From contig JBFXGK010000010.1 of assembly GCA_050178035.1 (NCBI GenBank), positions 36,396 through 100,395 on the forward strand: 64,000 nt of DNA. The letters are read 5' to 3'. Below the pieces are notes generated by a model that saw nothing but the letters and a program-made list of their open reading frames with translations, was not told the DNA's origin and searched no databases. The stretch comes from Kiritimatiellia bacterium (GTDB lineage Bacteria > Verrucomicrobiota > Kiritimatiellia > JAKQHR01). Position 1 is the stretch's first letter. Every line of letters starts with the position of its first letter. The position numbers were made by a program, and so were the translations under genes. Of this stretch, positions 36,140 to 46,348 are shown one piece after another.

Positions 36140-37339
36140 CTATTTGCGTTTCGCGACCTGTTTCAGGGCCTGATCAATATCGGACAGGATATCGGCCGCC
36201 GGTTCGATGCCCACAGACAGCCTCACCGTGTTGGGCTTGACGCCGAAAAGGGTGCGCCGCTCGGGCGGCATGTAGAGCATGGTGGTCAGGAATGGAATGC
36301 AGATCAGCGATTCGGTGGAGCCCAAACTGACCGCGTGACGCACGACACGCAGCGCGGAGATGAACCGCTTGGCGTCTTCCTGCGTTTTCCCCACATCAAA
36401 CGCCAGCATGCCTCCGAAACCGTGTTTCATCTGCCGGACGGAAATTCTGTGCCCGTCGTCGCTTTTGAGACCGGGGTATCGAAGGTTGAACACTTCACGG
36501 CACTGCGCCAGATGCCTGGCCACAGCCATCGCGTTGGAGGCCATTCGCTCGGCGCGCAGCGGAAAAGTCTTCAGCCCGCGCTCCAGCAGCGAGGCGGAGT
36601 AGGCATCGAGCGTTGTGCCGATCGCCTGCCTTGTGAACCACAGCTTGTCGTAATCATCTTTCGAGCCCGCGATGGCGCCCGCCATGAGGTCGTTGTGCCC
36701 GCCCAGCGCCTTGGTCGCGCTGTGGACGATGAGGTCCGCGCCCAGCTCAAGCGGGTGCTGGTGATACGGCGTGGCAAACGTATTATCCACCACCACCATC
36801 GCGCCGACCGTGCGGGCCATTTTCTTTGTGGCGGCAATATCTATCACCTTGCACAGAGGATTGCTGGGCGTCTCGAGGAATATCATCTGCGTGTTGGGCT
36901 TGATGCAGTCTTTGACGCTCTTCCAGTCCGCGGCATCCACCCAGGTCACTTCAACCCCGAGCCGTTCAAGGATGAGCGACACCTTGTAATGCGCACCGTA
37001 GATGTCGTGGAAAAGAATCAGATGCCCGCCGGCTCGCAGATACGTCAGGTAAACCATTGAGCAGGCGGCCATGCCCGTGGTGCATACGACGCAGTCCTCT
37101 GCGCCCTCCAGCTCCGCGATGCGCTTTTCGACCGCGCGCACGGTCGGATTGTCGTCGCGGTGATAGGTGTAGCCGTCAATCTTTCCGTCCGTGATTTTCT
37201 GCAGGACATCAAAGTCGAGATACTCGTAGTTCACCGCGTTCACGATGGGGGTCACCATCGGACGGTTGCCGTAGGGTGTTAGCGGATCATCAGAATTCCG
37301 CCGCTTGTAATGGATCCGTGTATGCTTTGCCTTTTTCAT
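36140..37339 (-). CDS. Cys/Met-metabolism PLP enzyme (cystathionine/methionine gamma-lyase family)
   Basis: NPT; TGMAA; ETPSNP; VDNTFATP; HSATKALGGHND; SLG. Confidence 0.9.
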   Translation of the reverse strand: MKKAKHTRIHYKRRNSDDPLTPYGNRPMVTPIVNAVNYEYLDFDVLQKITDGKIDGYTYHRDDNPTVRAVEKRIAELEGAEDCVVCTTGMAACSMVYLTYLRAGGHLILFHDIYGAHYKVSLILERLGVEVTWVDAADWKSVKDCIKPNTQMIFLETPSNPLCKVIDIAATKKMARTVGAMVVVDNTFATPYHQHPLELGADLIVHSATKALGGHNDLMAGAIAGSKDDYDKLWFTRQAIGTTLDAYSASLLERGLKTFPLRAERMASNAMAVARHLAQCREVFNLRYPGLKSDDGHRISVRQMKHGFGGMLAFDVGKTQEDAKRFISALRVVRHAVSLGSTESLICIPFLTTMLYMPPERRTLFGVKPNTVRLSVGIEPAADILSDIDQALKQVAKRK

Positions 37340-37432
37340 ACTGCCTCTCTTCCTGCCGGTCGCTCCGCGCTCTTTGCCGCCGGATTCACTGCATGTGTAA
37401 GCGAAACCCCCGGCGCAATCAAGGGCGGTTTT

Positions 37433-38275
37433 TTACATAGAACCATCGAAATCGAATACACTTCCCGCAGCGCAGGGGATCACACGGCCGGGCAGGCGCC
37501 GGGAAAGAAATTCTAGGGCATTTGCCCCCGTGCAGTGGCAGGCGGCAATCTGTTTCACATTGAAGCGCTCGAGAGCCTCGGCCGTTTTCTCCAGCCGCGT
37601 GACCGTGGCGCGCGCAAGGTGCATCCCTCCGATCACAGCAAAATATTCTGAAGATCCGCTGAGTTCCGAAATATACTCCAGCGTGTTGACGACACCCGCG
37701 TGCGCGCATCCGAGCACGACAACGGTTCCCTTTGGGGTATCGAGCCACAGCGCCTGATCGTCAGGAATGGGGTCCGGCCGAACTCCGATTTTATCGAGAA
37801 AAAAATGCCCGCCCGCATCCTCGTAATTGTTGCGGCGGGGGATCTCTCCGGTCACGTGCACTCCGGGCGCGATCTCCGCCGGGCCGGATGTGCACACAAT
37901 GTTTTCCGGATGCGATTTCAGCGCGCCCTCCGCCGGATACGGCATGTTGATGGCGCGCATGATGGTGTCCCGCAGACTGAAACGGGGCGCGAAGGCCTCC
38001 GGATGCATGAAGATTTTTGCGTTTGGCGCCCGCTGAAGGGCGTGCGGCAGCCCGCCGGTGTGATCGTAATGCCCGTGGCTCAGCACAATGGCGTCCGCCC
38101 CCTCCAGCGGAATCTTCAGCGCCGCGGCATTGTGCGGAAAAGCCTCCCCCTGCCCGGTGTCAAAGAGAATTTTCGCCGACGGGGTTTCGATCCACAAAGA
38201 AAGTCCGTGCTCGGCTATCAGATCTTCAGGCGGAGCCGTGTTTTCAACTACGACGGTTATCTTTATGATGTCCAC
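37433..38275 (-). CDS. MBL-fold metallohydrolase
   Basis: EHGLS; FDTG; SHGHYDHTGG; GCAHAG; GGMHL; HCTG. Confidence 0.9.
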   Translation of the reverse strand: MDIIKITVVVENTAPPEDLIAEHGLSLWIETPSAKILFDTGQGEAFPHNAAALKIPLEGADAIVLSHGHYDHTGGLPHALQRAPNAKIFMHPEAFAPRFSLRDTIMRAINMPYPAEGALKSHPENIVCTSGPAEIAPGVHVTGEIPRRNNYEDAGGHFFLDKIGVRPDPIPDDQALWLDTPKGTVVVLGCAHAGVVNTLEYISELSGSSEYFAVIGGMHLARATVTRLEKTAEALERFNVKQIAACHCTGANALEFLSRRLPGRVIPCAAGSVFDFDGSM

Positions 38276-38279
38276 TTGA

Positions 38280-39296
38280 TCACACTGCTTTCAGCTGAGG
38301 AAGAACGTGCTGTAATACTTTTCGGGCCTTGGCGCCGCAACCGGCCATGGCCCCGGGACAGGGAATGCGGCCGATGCGGCGCGACGTTTCTCCGATGGCA
38401 TTCCTGATTTCGGCAAGCGATGCGCCCCGCGCGTAGAGCAGCCCCGCAGTCAGCGCCGGTGCGGCTTTGGTGGCCAGTCCGCATGCGCCGGATATTCGCG
38501 ATGCCTTTTTTGTGAGATGAATCTGCGTCAGCAGCGCAAACAGCACGGCGGGCAGAATGGCTTCGCCCTTTTCCTGATACAGTTCATAAAACGGCACCCC
38601 GATGAAAATCCCCTGGTTGCCGGAGCCCGTGACGGTCATCACCGGCGAAGCGGAACCCAGCATACGCGCGCGCACCAGTTCCGGAACCCTTTGCGCCAGC
38701 GGTTTCGATCCTGTTCCCCGCACCTGGCGCGTGATAAATTTCAGAGCAATTCCTTCCAAAGAAGGATTTCGCTGCCCGACCACTGACCATATTTCTTCCA
38801 TGCTGATGTTGAAGTCCTCAGCGGGTTCGGCGCGATAGAACACCTTCCCGTTCAGAAGCACACGCGCGATACGGTCATGCCGCCCGATGATTTCAACCGC
38901 GACTTCATCGCCCCCCTGCCTCAGCACGGCACGGACGTAAAACTTTTTCTGATCCAGCGGATGAACCGCAAGCCATCCGCGACGGCGCAGAATTTTCCGG
39001 GCAAGCGGCAGTTTCAGAGACGGGAAAATATTGAAACTTTCAGGCGATGACGCAAGCCCCGCCGCGGCAACCGCACGCAGGCCCCGCTTGTTCAGGCGGG
39101 GAACCACCGCGGTTGAGGCGTTCCGCAGAATGTCGCGCGTCGCGGTCAGTTCCGCGCTGAACGTCCGTGGATTAAACGGCATCTTAAAATATGATTTGGC
39201 CGTCGCAAAAGCGAATGCCACGCTGGCCGGCTCGGTGCAGCCGGCAACCTGAACAATTTCAGAACACAAAATGCTTTCTATTTCACTCGCATTCAT
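38280..39296 (-). CDS. L-cysteine desulfidase/serine dehydratase-like (CyuA/UPF0597) protein, compact form
   Basis: GCTEP; GSGNQGI; SGACG; CPGAMAGCGAK. Confidence 0.72.
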   Translation of the reverse strand: MNASEIESILCSEIVQVAGCTEPASVAFAFATAKSYFKMPFNPRTFSAELTATRDILRNASTAVVPRLNKRGLRAVAAAGLASSPESFNIFPSLKLPLARKILRRRGWLAVHPLDQKKFYVRAVLRQGGDEVAVEIIGRHDRIARVLLNGKVFYRAEPAEDFNISMEEIWSVVGQRNPSLEGIALKFITRQVRGTGSKPLAQRVPELVRARMLGSASPVMTVTGSGNQGIFIGVPFYELYQEKGEAILPAVLFALLTQIHLTKKASRISGACGLATKAAPALTAGLLYARGASLAEIRNAIGETSRRIGRIPCPGAMAGCGAKARKVLQHVLPQLKAV

Positions 39297-39301
39297 CGTT
39301 T

Positions 39302-39622
39302 TCAGATACTGACAACCTTATCGCATTCGCGAACGATTTCATACAGGTCCTTCATGGTGGAAAGAGGACAAAGCTCCGATCCTCCGGAGTTCCTGATTTT
39401 GAGGCAGGATCCGCAGGCCAGTATCTCGCCGCCCTTGTCCGCGAAGGTCTGCATCATGGCGGGGACATTAAAGGGGTCCGTGTTGAACTTCTCGCATTCC
39501 ACACCCTTGGCCAGGAGGAACACCTTCACCGAATCGCCCTGCTCCATGGAAAACACACCGAGCCGGAATGCATTCCAGGCCGCTTCGGCATCTGTGGAAT
39601 AGATGATGATTCCCAGTTTCAT
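39302..39622 (-). CDS. DsrE-family protein
   Basis: WNAFRLG; VFLLAKGV; ACGSCLKIR. Confidence 0.87.
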   Translation of the reverse strand: MKLGIIIYSTDAEAAWNAFRLGVFSMEQGDSVKVFLLAKGVECEKFNTDPFNVPAMMQTFADKGGEILACGSCLKIRNSGGSELCPLSTMKDLYEIVRECDKVVSI

Positions 39623-39633
39623 TTCTCCCCTTT

Positions 39634-40836
39634 TCAATGGTCACAGACGTTGGCGCCGGTTTTGAGCGTTCCTTCCATAAAGGCGGCCACCAGATTTTCG
39701 GGCGTGTCCGCCGGCGCGCCGACAACAACCATTATTCCGTTGGCCTCGAACAGCGATTGCGCGCGCTGGCCCATGCCGCCGGCGATGATGGCGTTGGCGC
39801 CCTGCTCGTGAAGCCAGCGGGGAAGCACGCCCGGTTCATGCGCGGGCGGTTTCAGATGCGTTGTGGACCGGATTTTCTTTGCGCCGACATCTGCATCCAC
39901 CATTGCGAACTGTTCGCAGTGGCCGAAGTGAGCGCAGAGTTTTCCGTCTGCAAGGGGTATCGCAATTTTCATGATGTTTTCCTTTTTTTCTTTGGGTTGA
40001 ACTTTTCTTTCAGAATGTGAATCCATCAGCGCCAGCACGGGCGCGCTGATGCGGTCAAAGGACCGGGCCGTGACCGTGCTGCCGTAATGATACACGAACG
40101 GTTCACCCCCGTCGCAGGATTCGCCCACGGCCGGATCAAGCGGCACGCGGCCAAGAAAAGGCACCTTCATTTCAGATGCCATTCGTTCGCCGCCGCCGCT
40201 TTTGAATATTTCGGTCACGGTGTTGCAGTGCGGGCAAACAAAACCGCTCATGTTTTCGACCAAACCAAGCACGGGAATACTGAGCTGGTGACAAAAGCGG
40301 ATCGACTTGCGGACATCGGCGAGCGCCACGTCCTGCGGCGTGGTGACGACCACCGCTCCATCGAGAGGCTTGACAAGCTGGCAGACCGAAAGCGGTTCGT
40401 CGCCGGTGCCGGGAGGCGAATCAATGATGAGGAAATCCAGATCGTCCCATTCCACATCCTTGAGAAACTGGCGGATTACGTTCATCTTCATGGGGCCGCG
40501 CCAGATCACCGCGTCATCACGGTTCTTCAGCAGGAATCCGATGGACATAACCTTCATCCCCGCCGCCTCCACAGGCTGAAGGGCCCCGTCAACCTGCTGA
40601 ACCTTTGCATCCTCCAGTCGAAGCATCTTGGGGATGCTGGGCCCATGGATATCCACATCCAGCAGCCCAACCTTGTGGCCTGCCAGCGAAAGCGATACCG
40701 CGAGATTCACCGCAACGGTGCTTTTGCCGACGCCGCCCTTGCCGGACATCACCAGGATCTTGTGCCGGATGCGACCGAGCCGCTCCCGGAGCTGCTGTTC
40801 TTCCATAAACTGTTCCAAGTTGCCTTCCTGCTGCAT
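39634..40836 (-). CDS. Mrp/NBP35 Fe-S carrier ATPase fused to a C-terminal NifB/NifX-like domain
   Basis: [10 protein letters not shown]; WRGPMK; DSPPGTGD; ENMS..CPHC; [12 protein letters not shown]. Confidence 0.92.
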   Translation of the reverse strand: MQQEGNLEQFMEEQQLRERLGRIRHKILVMSGKGGVGKSTVAVNLAVSLSLAGHKVGLLDVDIHGPSIPKMLRLEDAKVQQVDGALQPVEAAGMKVMSIGFLLKNRDDAVIWRGPMKMNVIRQFLKDVEWDDLDFLIIDSPPGTGDEPLSVCQLVKPLDGAVVVTTPQDVALADVRKSIRFCHQLSIPVLGLVENMSGFVCPHCNTVTEIFKSGGGERMASEMKVPFLGRVPLDPAVGESCDGGEPFVYHYGSTVTARSFDRISAPVLALMDSHSERKVQPKEKKENIMKIAIPLADGKLCAHFGHCEQFAMVDADVGAKKIRSTTHLKPPAHEPGVLPRWLHEQGANAIIAGGMGQRAQSLFEANGIMVVVGAPADTPENLVAAFMEGTLKTGANVCDH

Positions 40837-40851
40837 TGTATTATCCTTTTG

Positions 40852-41739
40852 TTAGTTTTGCCGGTCTGTTTCAAGATGACACCAGACTGCGTTTTTGATT
40901 TCCTTCAAGTCCTCGCCGGCGGGGGTTTCTGTTTCCACGATGCATTTTCCTTCCACTTGAGCCTCCGTCACCCCGGAATCATAGCAGATGCGCCCTGCAA
41001 CTTCCGCACCCAGGCGCACAGCCATTGTTTCGATCTTCTCCGTCTGAGCCGGATTGATGTCCCACTTGTTCACGCAAACCATTGAAGATATTCTGAAGTG
41101 GTTTGTCAGCCTCAGCACCCGTTCAAGATCATGTTCGCCCGAGAGGGTGGGTTCAGTAACCACCAGCACCATCGAGGCGCCGGTGATTGACGCGATCACC
41201 GGGCAGCCGATGCCCGGAGGCCCATCCATCAGCACCAGACCCAGTTTCCGTTCTTCGGCGATCTTGCGCGCCTCCTCGCGGACCAGCGACACCAGTTTGC
41301 CGGAGTTCTCACCACCAGGAGTCAGGCGGGCATGCACCATCGGTCCGCAGCGTGTTTCCGAAATATACCATTCGCCGCCCGGCCGGACCGGGAAATCAAT
41401 GGCTTTGGCAGGACAGATGCCGACGCACACCCCGCAGCCCTCGCATCCAGAAGGATCAATGGCATACACTTCACTATCGCGCCGGATGGCATCAAACCGG
41501 CAGTGCGCTTCACAAAGTCCGCATCCGACGCAGTCCTCCGCGCGAATGACGGCCTCATGTCCGCCGCGAAATTCCTCGCGTTGCTTAATCTGCGGCTGCA
41601 AAAGTAAATGAAGATCGGCTGCGTCCACGTCGCCATCCGCCAGCACGGCATTTTTTGCCAGTGAAGCAAATGACGCAGTCACACTCGTTTTGCCCGTGCC
41701 GCCCTTGCCGCTGATGATCACCAGTTCCTTGACTTTCAT
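40852..41739 (-). CDS. MinD-superfamily P-loop ATPase with inserted ferredoxin domain
   Basis: SGKGGTGKT; CVGCGLC..C; CEGCGVC..CP; DGPPGIGCP. Confidence 0.9.
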   Translation of the reverse strand: MKVKELVIISGKGGTGKTSVTASFASLAKNAVLADGDVDAADLHLLLQPQIKQREEFRGGHEAVIRAEDCVGCGLCEAHCRFDAIRRDSEVYAIDPSGCEGCGVCVGICPAKAIDFPVRPGGEWYISETRCGPMVHARLTPGGENSGKLVSLVREEARKIAEERKLGLVLMDGPPGIGCPVIASITGASMVLVVTEPTLSGEHDLERVLRLTNHFRISSMVCVNKWDINPAQTEKIETMAVRLGAEVAGRICYDSGVTEAQVEGKCIVETETPAGEDLKEIKNAVWCHLETDRQN

Positions 41740-43079
41740 GCTGTTGCGAATTCCTTTCTTTCGGCATCCAGCGCTGCAAAGACAAAGAAGTTGTCTGAAG
41801 GTTTTGCCGCCAGTTCCGGATGCGTAGAATACTGATACTGCGCGACATCTTCAATGGTTGCGCCCGTTTGTATGGCCAGTGAAATAAAATCCACGTTGGC
41901 CGCGGCACACCGGTCCCGCCGCAAAACGCTTCCGCCAATGATTTTTCGCGTCTCGCGGTTGAAAACAAGTTTGATCCTGACCGGGGAAGCGCCGGCCATC
42001 ATCGGATAACGGTCAAGCGATTCTCCGATGCCGGAAACCGCCTTGATGCCCTGCGTCACGGCGGCCTCTTCAATCAGGCCGGCGGACCCGATTGACCAGT
42101 CAAACACGGTGGACACATTGCTGTTGATGATCCCCGGGAAGCGGGCCGGTTTGCCTAGAATATTTCGAGCGACAACCTTGCCCATAAAAACCGCGTTTGT
42201 TCCAAACTCGCCTGCTGCCGGGTTGCCCGTTATAAAAGATTTCTTTTCCGCGCAGTCGCCGGCCGCATAGATATTTCCCGCACTGGTGCGGAGATAGTCG
42301 TCCGTCACAACGCCATATCGGGAGCATCGGATTCCGGAAGCCTCCGCCAGCCGGGTATCGGGAAAAACGCCTGCCGCCATCACCACGAAATTTGCTTTCA
42401 GCGTCTGCCCGTCATCCAGCCGGACCGCGCGGACGCAGCCCCCCTCCAGATCAAGGGATTCCACCCTGCGGCCCGTGAACAGTTCCACGCCCTGCTCTTT
42501 CAGGGCATTTGCCAGCGGCGCGATAAACTCCGGCTCGGACGTGGCCATCAGGATTTGAGGCCGCATTTCAACCAGGGCCACCTCAATCCCGGTGCGTCTC
42601 AGGGCAACGGCGGCTTCGACGCCTATATATCCGCCCCCGACGACCACAACCCGCTCAGAACACTGGGCCAGGTCGCGAAGCCGTTCAAGATCCGCAAGAG
42701 ATCTGACCGGAACAACATTTCCTGTTTCAATCCCCGGGATTTCCGGAATCAGGGGCTGAGCCCCCGTAGCCAGAACCAGATGCTGGTACCGCATTTCCAA
42801 TCCTCCGGCGGTTTTGATGCGCCGGGCCGTTGTGTCGAGCGCAGACACTTCGTCAATCAGCAGTTCCGCCCCAAAATCGCTGATGAGGGAATTAGGAATC
42901 TGAAAAGCCATTATAGGCTTCTCCTGCGAAATCCCATAGGGGATGGCGCAGCGGTTGACGTTGACCTCTTCATTCTTTATCAGTGTCACGCTTCCGGAAA
43001 ATCCGGCCTTGTGAAGAGCATGAACAACGGACCGGCCCGCCGGGCCGCCACCGATAATGATTACATCCCTCTTTTCCAT
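41736..43079 (-). CDS. Pyridine nucleotide-disulfide oxidoreductase (CoA-disulfide/persulfide reductase or NADH oxidase-like)
   Basis: GGGPAG; NRCAIPY single Cys; GGGYIGVE; YAAGDC. Confidence 0.87.
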   Translation of the reverse strand: MEKRDVIIIGGGPAGRSVVHALHKAGFSGSVTLIKNEEVNVNRCAIPYGISQEKPIMAFQIPNSLISDFGAELLIDEVSALDTTARRIKTAGGLEMRYQHLVLATGAQPLIPEIPGIETGNVVPVRSLADLERLRDLAQCSERVVVVGGGYIGVEAAVALRRTGIEVALVEMRPQILMATSEPEFIAPLANALKEQGVELFTGRRVESLDLEGGCVRAVRLDDGQTLKANFVVMAAGVFPDTRLAEASGIRCSRYGVVTDDYLRTSAGNIYAAGDCAEKKSFITGNPAAGEFGTNAVFMGKVVARNILGKPARFPGIINSNVSTVFDWSIGSAGLIEEAAVTQGIKAVSGIGESLDRYPMMAGASPVRIKLVFNRETRKIIGGSVLRRDRCAAANVDFISLAIQTGATIEDVAQYQYSTHPELAAKPSDNFFVFAALDAERKEFATA

Positions 43080-43097
43080 GGTTTTCCCCGGGGCAAA

Positions 43098-43598
43098 TTA
43101 AGCGGCGGCCCGCTCACGCAGCAGGCGGCGCAGTTCCTGAATCATATCGTGCTCTTCGCGGGCGACCAGGGACATCGTGCTGCCGATCACATTGCCGAGA
43201 AACATCTTGCTCATCAGCGCAATGTTCATCTTGGCGATATATACTTTACCGTCCGCGGTTTCATATACCGACCAGGTGCACGGCATCATCGCTCCCATAT
43301 GCGGATATTTGTCCACAATCCGGTTGGCGTACTTCGCCTTGCATACAAAGAATATTTTCTTCTTCTTGAGATTGTCGAAGTAATGCTGCCGGGAGACCAC
43401 CTCGTGAAAGTTCCAGTCGGGAATCGGGTGCCCCCAGCCGTCAACAGACTTCACAGCCTTTTCGACATTTTCGCAGACTTTCTCGAACGATGCATGCATC
43501 CGGTATCTCCGGATCATTCCCGTCCGCATCGCAGCAATGAAAAGAACGGCCATCAAAACCGATCCCGCGACAACGCTCAATATAATGTTCAATGTCAT
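43098..43598 (-). CDS. DUF302-domain protein with N-terminal TM anchor
   Basis: VCKAKYA..MMPCTWSVYE. Confidence 0.78.
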   Translation of the reverse strand: MTLNIILSVVAGSVLMAVLFIAAMRTGMIRRYRMHASFEKVCENVEKAVKSVDGWGHPIPDWNFHEVVSRQHYFDNLKKKKIFFVCKAKYANRIVDKYPHMGAMMPCTWSVYETADGKVYIAKMNIALMSKMFLGNVIGSTMSLVAREEHDMIQELRRLLRERAAA

Positions 43599-43600
43599 TT

Positions 43601-44476
43601 TTATATTTTCCTTTCGTGGTTTGCAAATTCCGCAATTTTTATCGCCATTTCTTCCAAAGCAGCCCGGAATCCGGGCAGCGTGATCATCATTTCCCCGCGG
43701 GAATAGGCCTCGGCCACGCGGCGGTCATCCGGCAGTTCCGCCAGCAGTGTGATTTTTTCCGCTTCGCAGTATTTTTTAACCTCGTCGTTTCCGATGCCGG
43801 CGCGGTTGATCACCACGCCGAACGGACGACCCAGTTCGCGCATCAGTTCCACTGCCAGCCGCAGGTCGTTCAGGCCAAACGGAGTCGGCTCCGTCACAAG
43901 AATGACATAATCCGCATCGCGAACGGCGGCCACCACCGGGCAGGCTGTTCCGGGAGCGGAATCCAGGAGGACAACGCCCCCCAGCCTGCGGGTGCGCTTG
44001 ACCGCGCGAATAATCGGCGGCGTGATGGAAATGCCGACCTTGAGCCGTCCCTGGCCAAACATAATCTTTCCGGAGGTTCCGCTTTCAACCACACCAATTT
44101 CCTGATCGGTTTCACAAATGGCATATTGGGGGCAGGCCAGCGTGCAGGCGCCGCAGCCGTGGCAGAGTTCCGTGAAAACCATCGCCTTTTTCGGCACGGC
44201 AATCGCGTTGAAATGACAGGCCTCCGCGCACTTCCGGCATCCCGTGCAGCGCACAGCGTCAATCACCGGCACCTTCATCGTCACGGATTCGGTTTTTTCA
44301 ATCTTGGGCCGGAGAAAAATATGACCATTGGGCTCCTCGACATCACAGTCCAGATACTGAACGGCAATATCCTGTTCGGCCAGTATCGCGGCAAGATTCA
44401 CCGCCACGGTGGTTTTCCCGGTTCCGCCCTTTCCGCTGGCCACGGCAAGCGTGAAAGTTGAATCATTCATTTCCAT
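43601..44476 (-). CDS. Second MinD-superfamily ATPase with ferredoxin domain
   Basis: ASGKGGTGKT; DCDVEEPN; CTGCRKC; CHGCGAC; TEPTPFGLND. Confidence 0.9.
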   Translation of the reverse strand: MEMNDSTFTLAVASGKGGTGKTTVAVNLAAILAEQDIAVQYLDCDVEEPNGHIFLRPKIEKTESVTMKVPVIDAVRCTGCRKCAEACHFNAIAVPKKAMVFTELCHGCGACTLACPQYAICETDQEIGVVESGTSGKIMFGQGRLKVGISITPPIIRAVKRTRRLGGVVLLDSAPGTACPVVAAVRDADYVILVTEPTPFGLNDLRLAVELMRELGRPFGVVINRAGIGNDEVKKYCEAEKITLLAELPDDRRVAEAYSRGEMMITLPGFRAALEEMAIKIAEFANHERKI

Positions 44477-45323
44477 TTTGCTCCACTATCATCATGCTGC
44501 CCACGGGTTCGCCGATCTGTTTTGCGATCACCGGGCATTTGACCGTGAACAGAAAGAATATATGCTTGCCGGTGTCCGACAGCGTTTCATAGTTGCCCTG
44601 GCCCTTCGCAACAATCAGATCGGCGCAGTCAAACCACTCCTTGAACTTATCATCGCAGTCTTCAACGATGGTGCCCGGGGCGTCTGATCCGTTTCCAAAA
44701 ACAGGCAGAATCTCCGGCAGCCCGGCCCTGTCCGCATCCTCCAGCGTGGCATCGTTGATCACCGGCGCGCCGCGCACAAAAAGAGTGATCTTCTCGGCGG
44801 GAAGTTCCTCAATCAGCAGCCGGTCAAAATATATTTCCCCGGCATTGTCCGCGAGATAGAGAATACAGCGAGCCTTCTCCGCGGCCTCAAACAGCCGCTC
44901 CGGCTCGCCGCTGAGGGGCGTGCCGAGAATGTCTTCCATGTGGCCGGGCAGCTCATCCGGGCCAATCTGTGTTTTTGCGCCGGCGTCGAGCATATTGCCG
45001 GCGATGGCCAGTTTGACAGCCGTTTCGCGACGGTCCGCATGGCCCGACAGAAGTTCCCGAAGTCTGGGCAGCAAACCTTCCGCGGTCTGATTCATGCGGG
45101 CCTTCAAGTCGCGGTAGGGATCTTTGCTTCCCAGCTCCCGGCGAATCAGCCGATGAAGGCGCTGCGCCATCATTGGCGGAGTGCCATCCCACGACTCCGC
45201 CGCAATGACATTGAGCAGACGCCGAAGCAGAGCCTCGCGCTGTGCGGGATCGCTGACGGTTTGCTCCACAGCCTCGGCCGCCTGGCGCGCGAAACAGGGG
45301 ATGCATTCGATGACCGTTTTCAT
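44463..45323 (-). CDS. DUF89/ARMT1-like damage-control phosphatase
   Basis: ECIPC; AIAGN; DNAGE; INDAT; KGQGNYE. Confidence 0.9.
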   Translation of the reverse strand: MKTVIECIPCFARQAAEAVEQTVSDPAQREALLRRLLNVIAAESWDGTPPMMAQRLHRLIRRELGSKDPYRDLKARMNQTAEGLLPRLRELLSGHADRRETAVKLAIAGNMLDAGAKTQIGPDELPGHMEDILGTPLSGEPERLFEAAEKARCILYLADNAGEIYFDRLLIEELPAEKITLFVRGAPVINDATLEDADRAGLPEILPVFGNGSDAPGTIVEDCDDKFKEWFDCADLIVAKGQGNYETLSDTGKHIFFLFTVKCPVIAKQIGEPVGSMMIVEQNGNE

Positions 45324-45703
45324 CGCTGTGCACCCCATGATTCATCCGACAGCAGATAATTTGCAAGGGCACGGTACAGCGTGCTGACGGCCAGGATTGC
45401 GCAATGCCTGCCCTCTTCCGGCAGGCATTCCTGGGCCTCAATAATTTCCCGCGGACTAATGCCCAGCGCCTCAAGGACCGTCTTCCCTTTTGTCCGCTGC
45501 GAAACCGCTGTCCCGCACATCCGCGTGTGCTCGCATCCGGTGGTGTAATAGGTCACGTCCTCTATTCGCCCGTCGCTGATTTTGAGATAGAATTCCATCT
45601 CGTCCCCGCACGGGCCCTTGAGATACGCCGAGGACGTCGGGACGAGCATGCGCCCCAGAAACGGGTCGTCCGGCGCGGATTTGTCTCTCCAAATCAGATT
45701 CAC
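45320..45703 (-). CDS. IscU/NifU-like Fe-S scaffold
   Basis: GPCGDEM; GC; HCA. Confidence 0.85.
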   Translation of the reverse strand: MNLIWRDKSAPDDPFLGRMLVPTSSAYLKGPCGDEMEFYLKISDGRIEDVTYYTTGCEHTRMCGTAVSQRTKGKTVLEALGISPREIIEAQECLPEEGRHCAILAVSTLYRALANYLLSDESWGAQR

Positions 45704-46344
45704 GACAAGTTCTCCTGTTTCTGTCCACGCACCACAACAAACGAACCTTTGCCAAAGCCAGGCCGGACCGGATCCTCCGCCTGCAAGGTTTTGGGATCGC
45801 TGAACAGCGTCTGTCGGTATTCAAAACCCGTGAAACCCGCTTCTTCCATAAGGGCCGTCACCTCCGCAACATTGAAAAACCGGGCATCACGGTAGAATAC
45901 GCTTTCGCTCTGCTTGCTTACGTACTCCCGGCCGAGAGCGCTGTCGCGATCCACGAATCCAATGACCGCATAACCGCCAGGCCGAATAACCCGGAACATT
46001 TCATGGAGACTCCTTTGCGGATCGTCCACAAAGCAGATGGTCGTCACCATCAGGGCGGCGTCAAAGCAGGCATCCGGAAACGGGAGATTTTCGGCCGTGC
46101 CGCTCACAGCGCCGAGTTTTCTTTTCAGCGCCATCAACCGCATTCCTTCCGCAGGCTCCACGCCGCGGCGGATACCCAAAGGTCCCGCAAAATGACCGGC
46201 GCCCACGCCAATCTCAATTCCGTTCGCGCCGGCCGGCCACAAATCGCGCACCGCGGCCAGTTCGGACTGATAGGCCGCAGGATGCTTTTCAAACCATGCG
46301 GCATACCGCTCGCTGAATTGATCAAATGGCTCTGTTTTGGGCAT
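45700..46344 (-). CDS. Class I SAM-dependent methyltransferase
   Basis: EIGVGAG; AENLPF; TTICFVDD. Confidence 0.88.
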   Translation of the reverse strand: MPKTEPFDQFSERYAAWFEKHPAAYQSELAAVRDLWPAGANGIEIGVGAGHFAGPLGIRRGVEPAEGMRLMALKRKLGAVSGTAENLPFPDACFDAALMVTTICFVDDPQRSLHEMFRVIRPGGYAVIGFVDRDSALGREYVSKQSESVFYRDARFFNVAEVTALMEEAGFTGFEYRQTLFSDPKTLQAEDPVRPGFGKGSFVVVRGQKQENLS

Positions 46345-46348
46345 GACA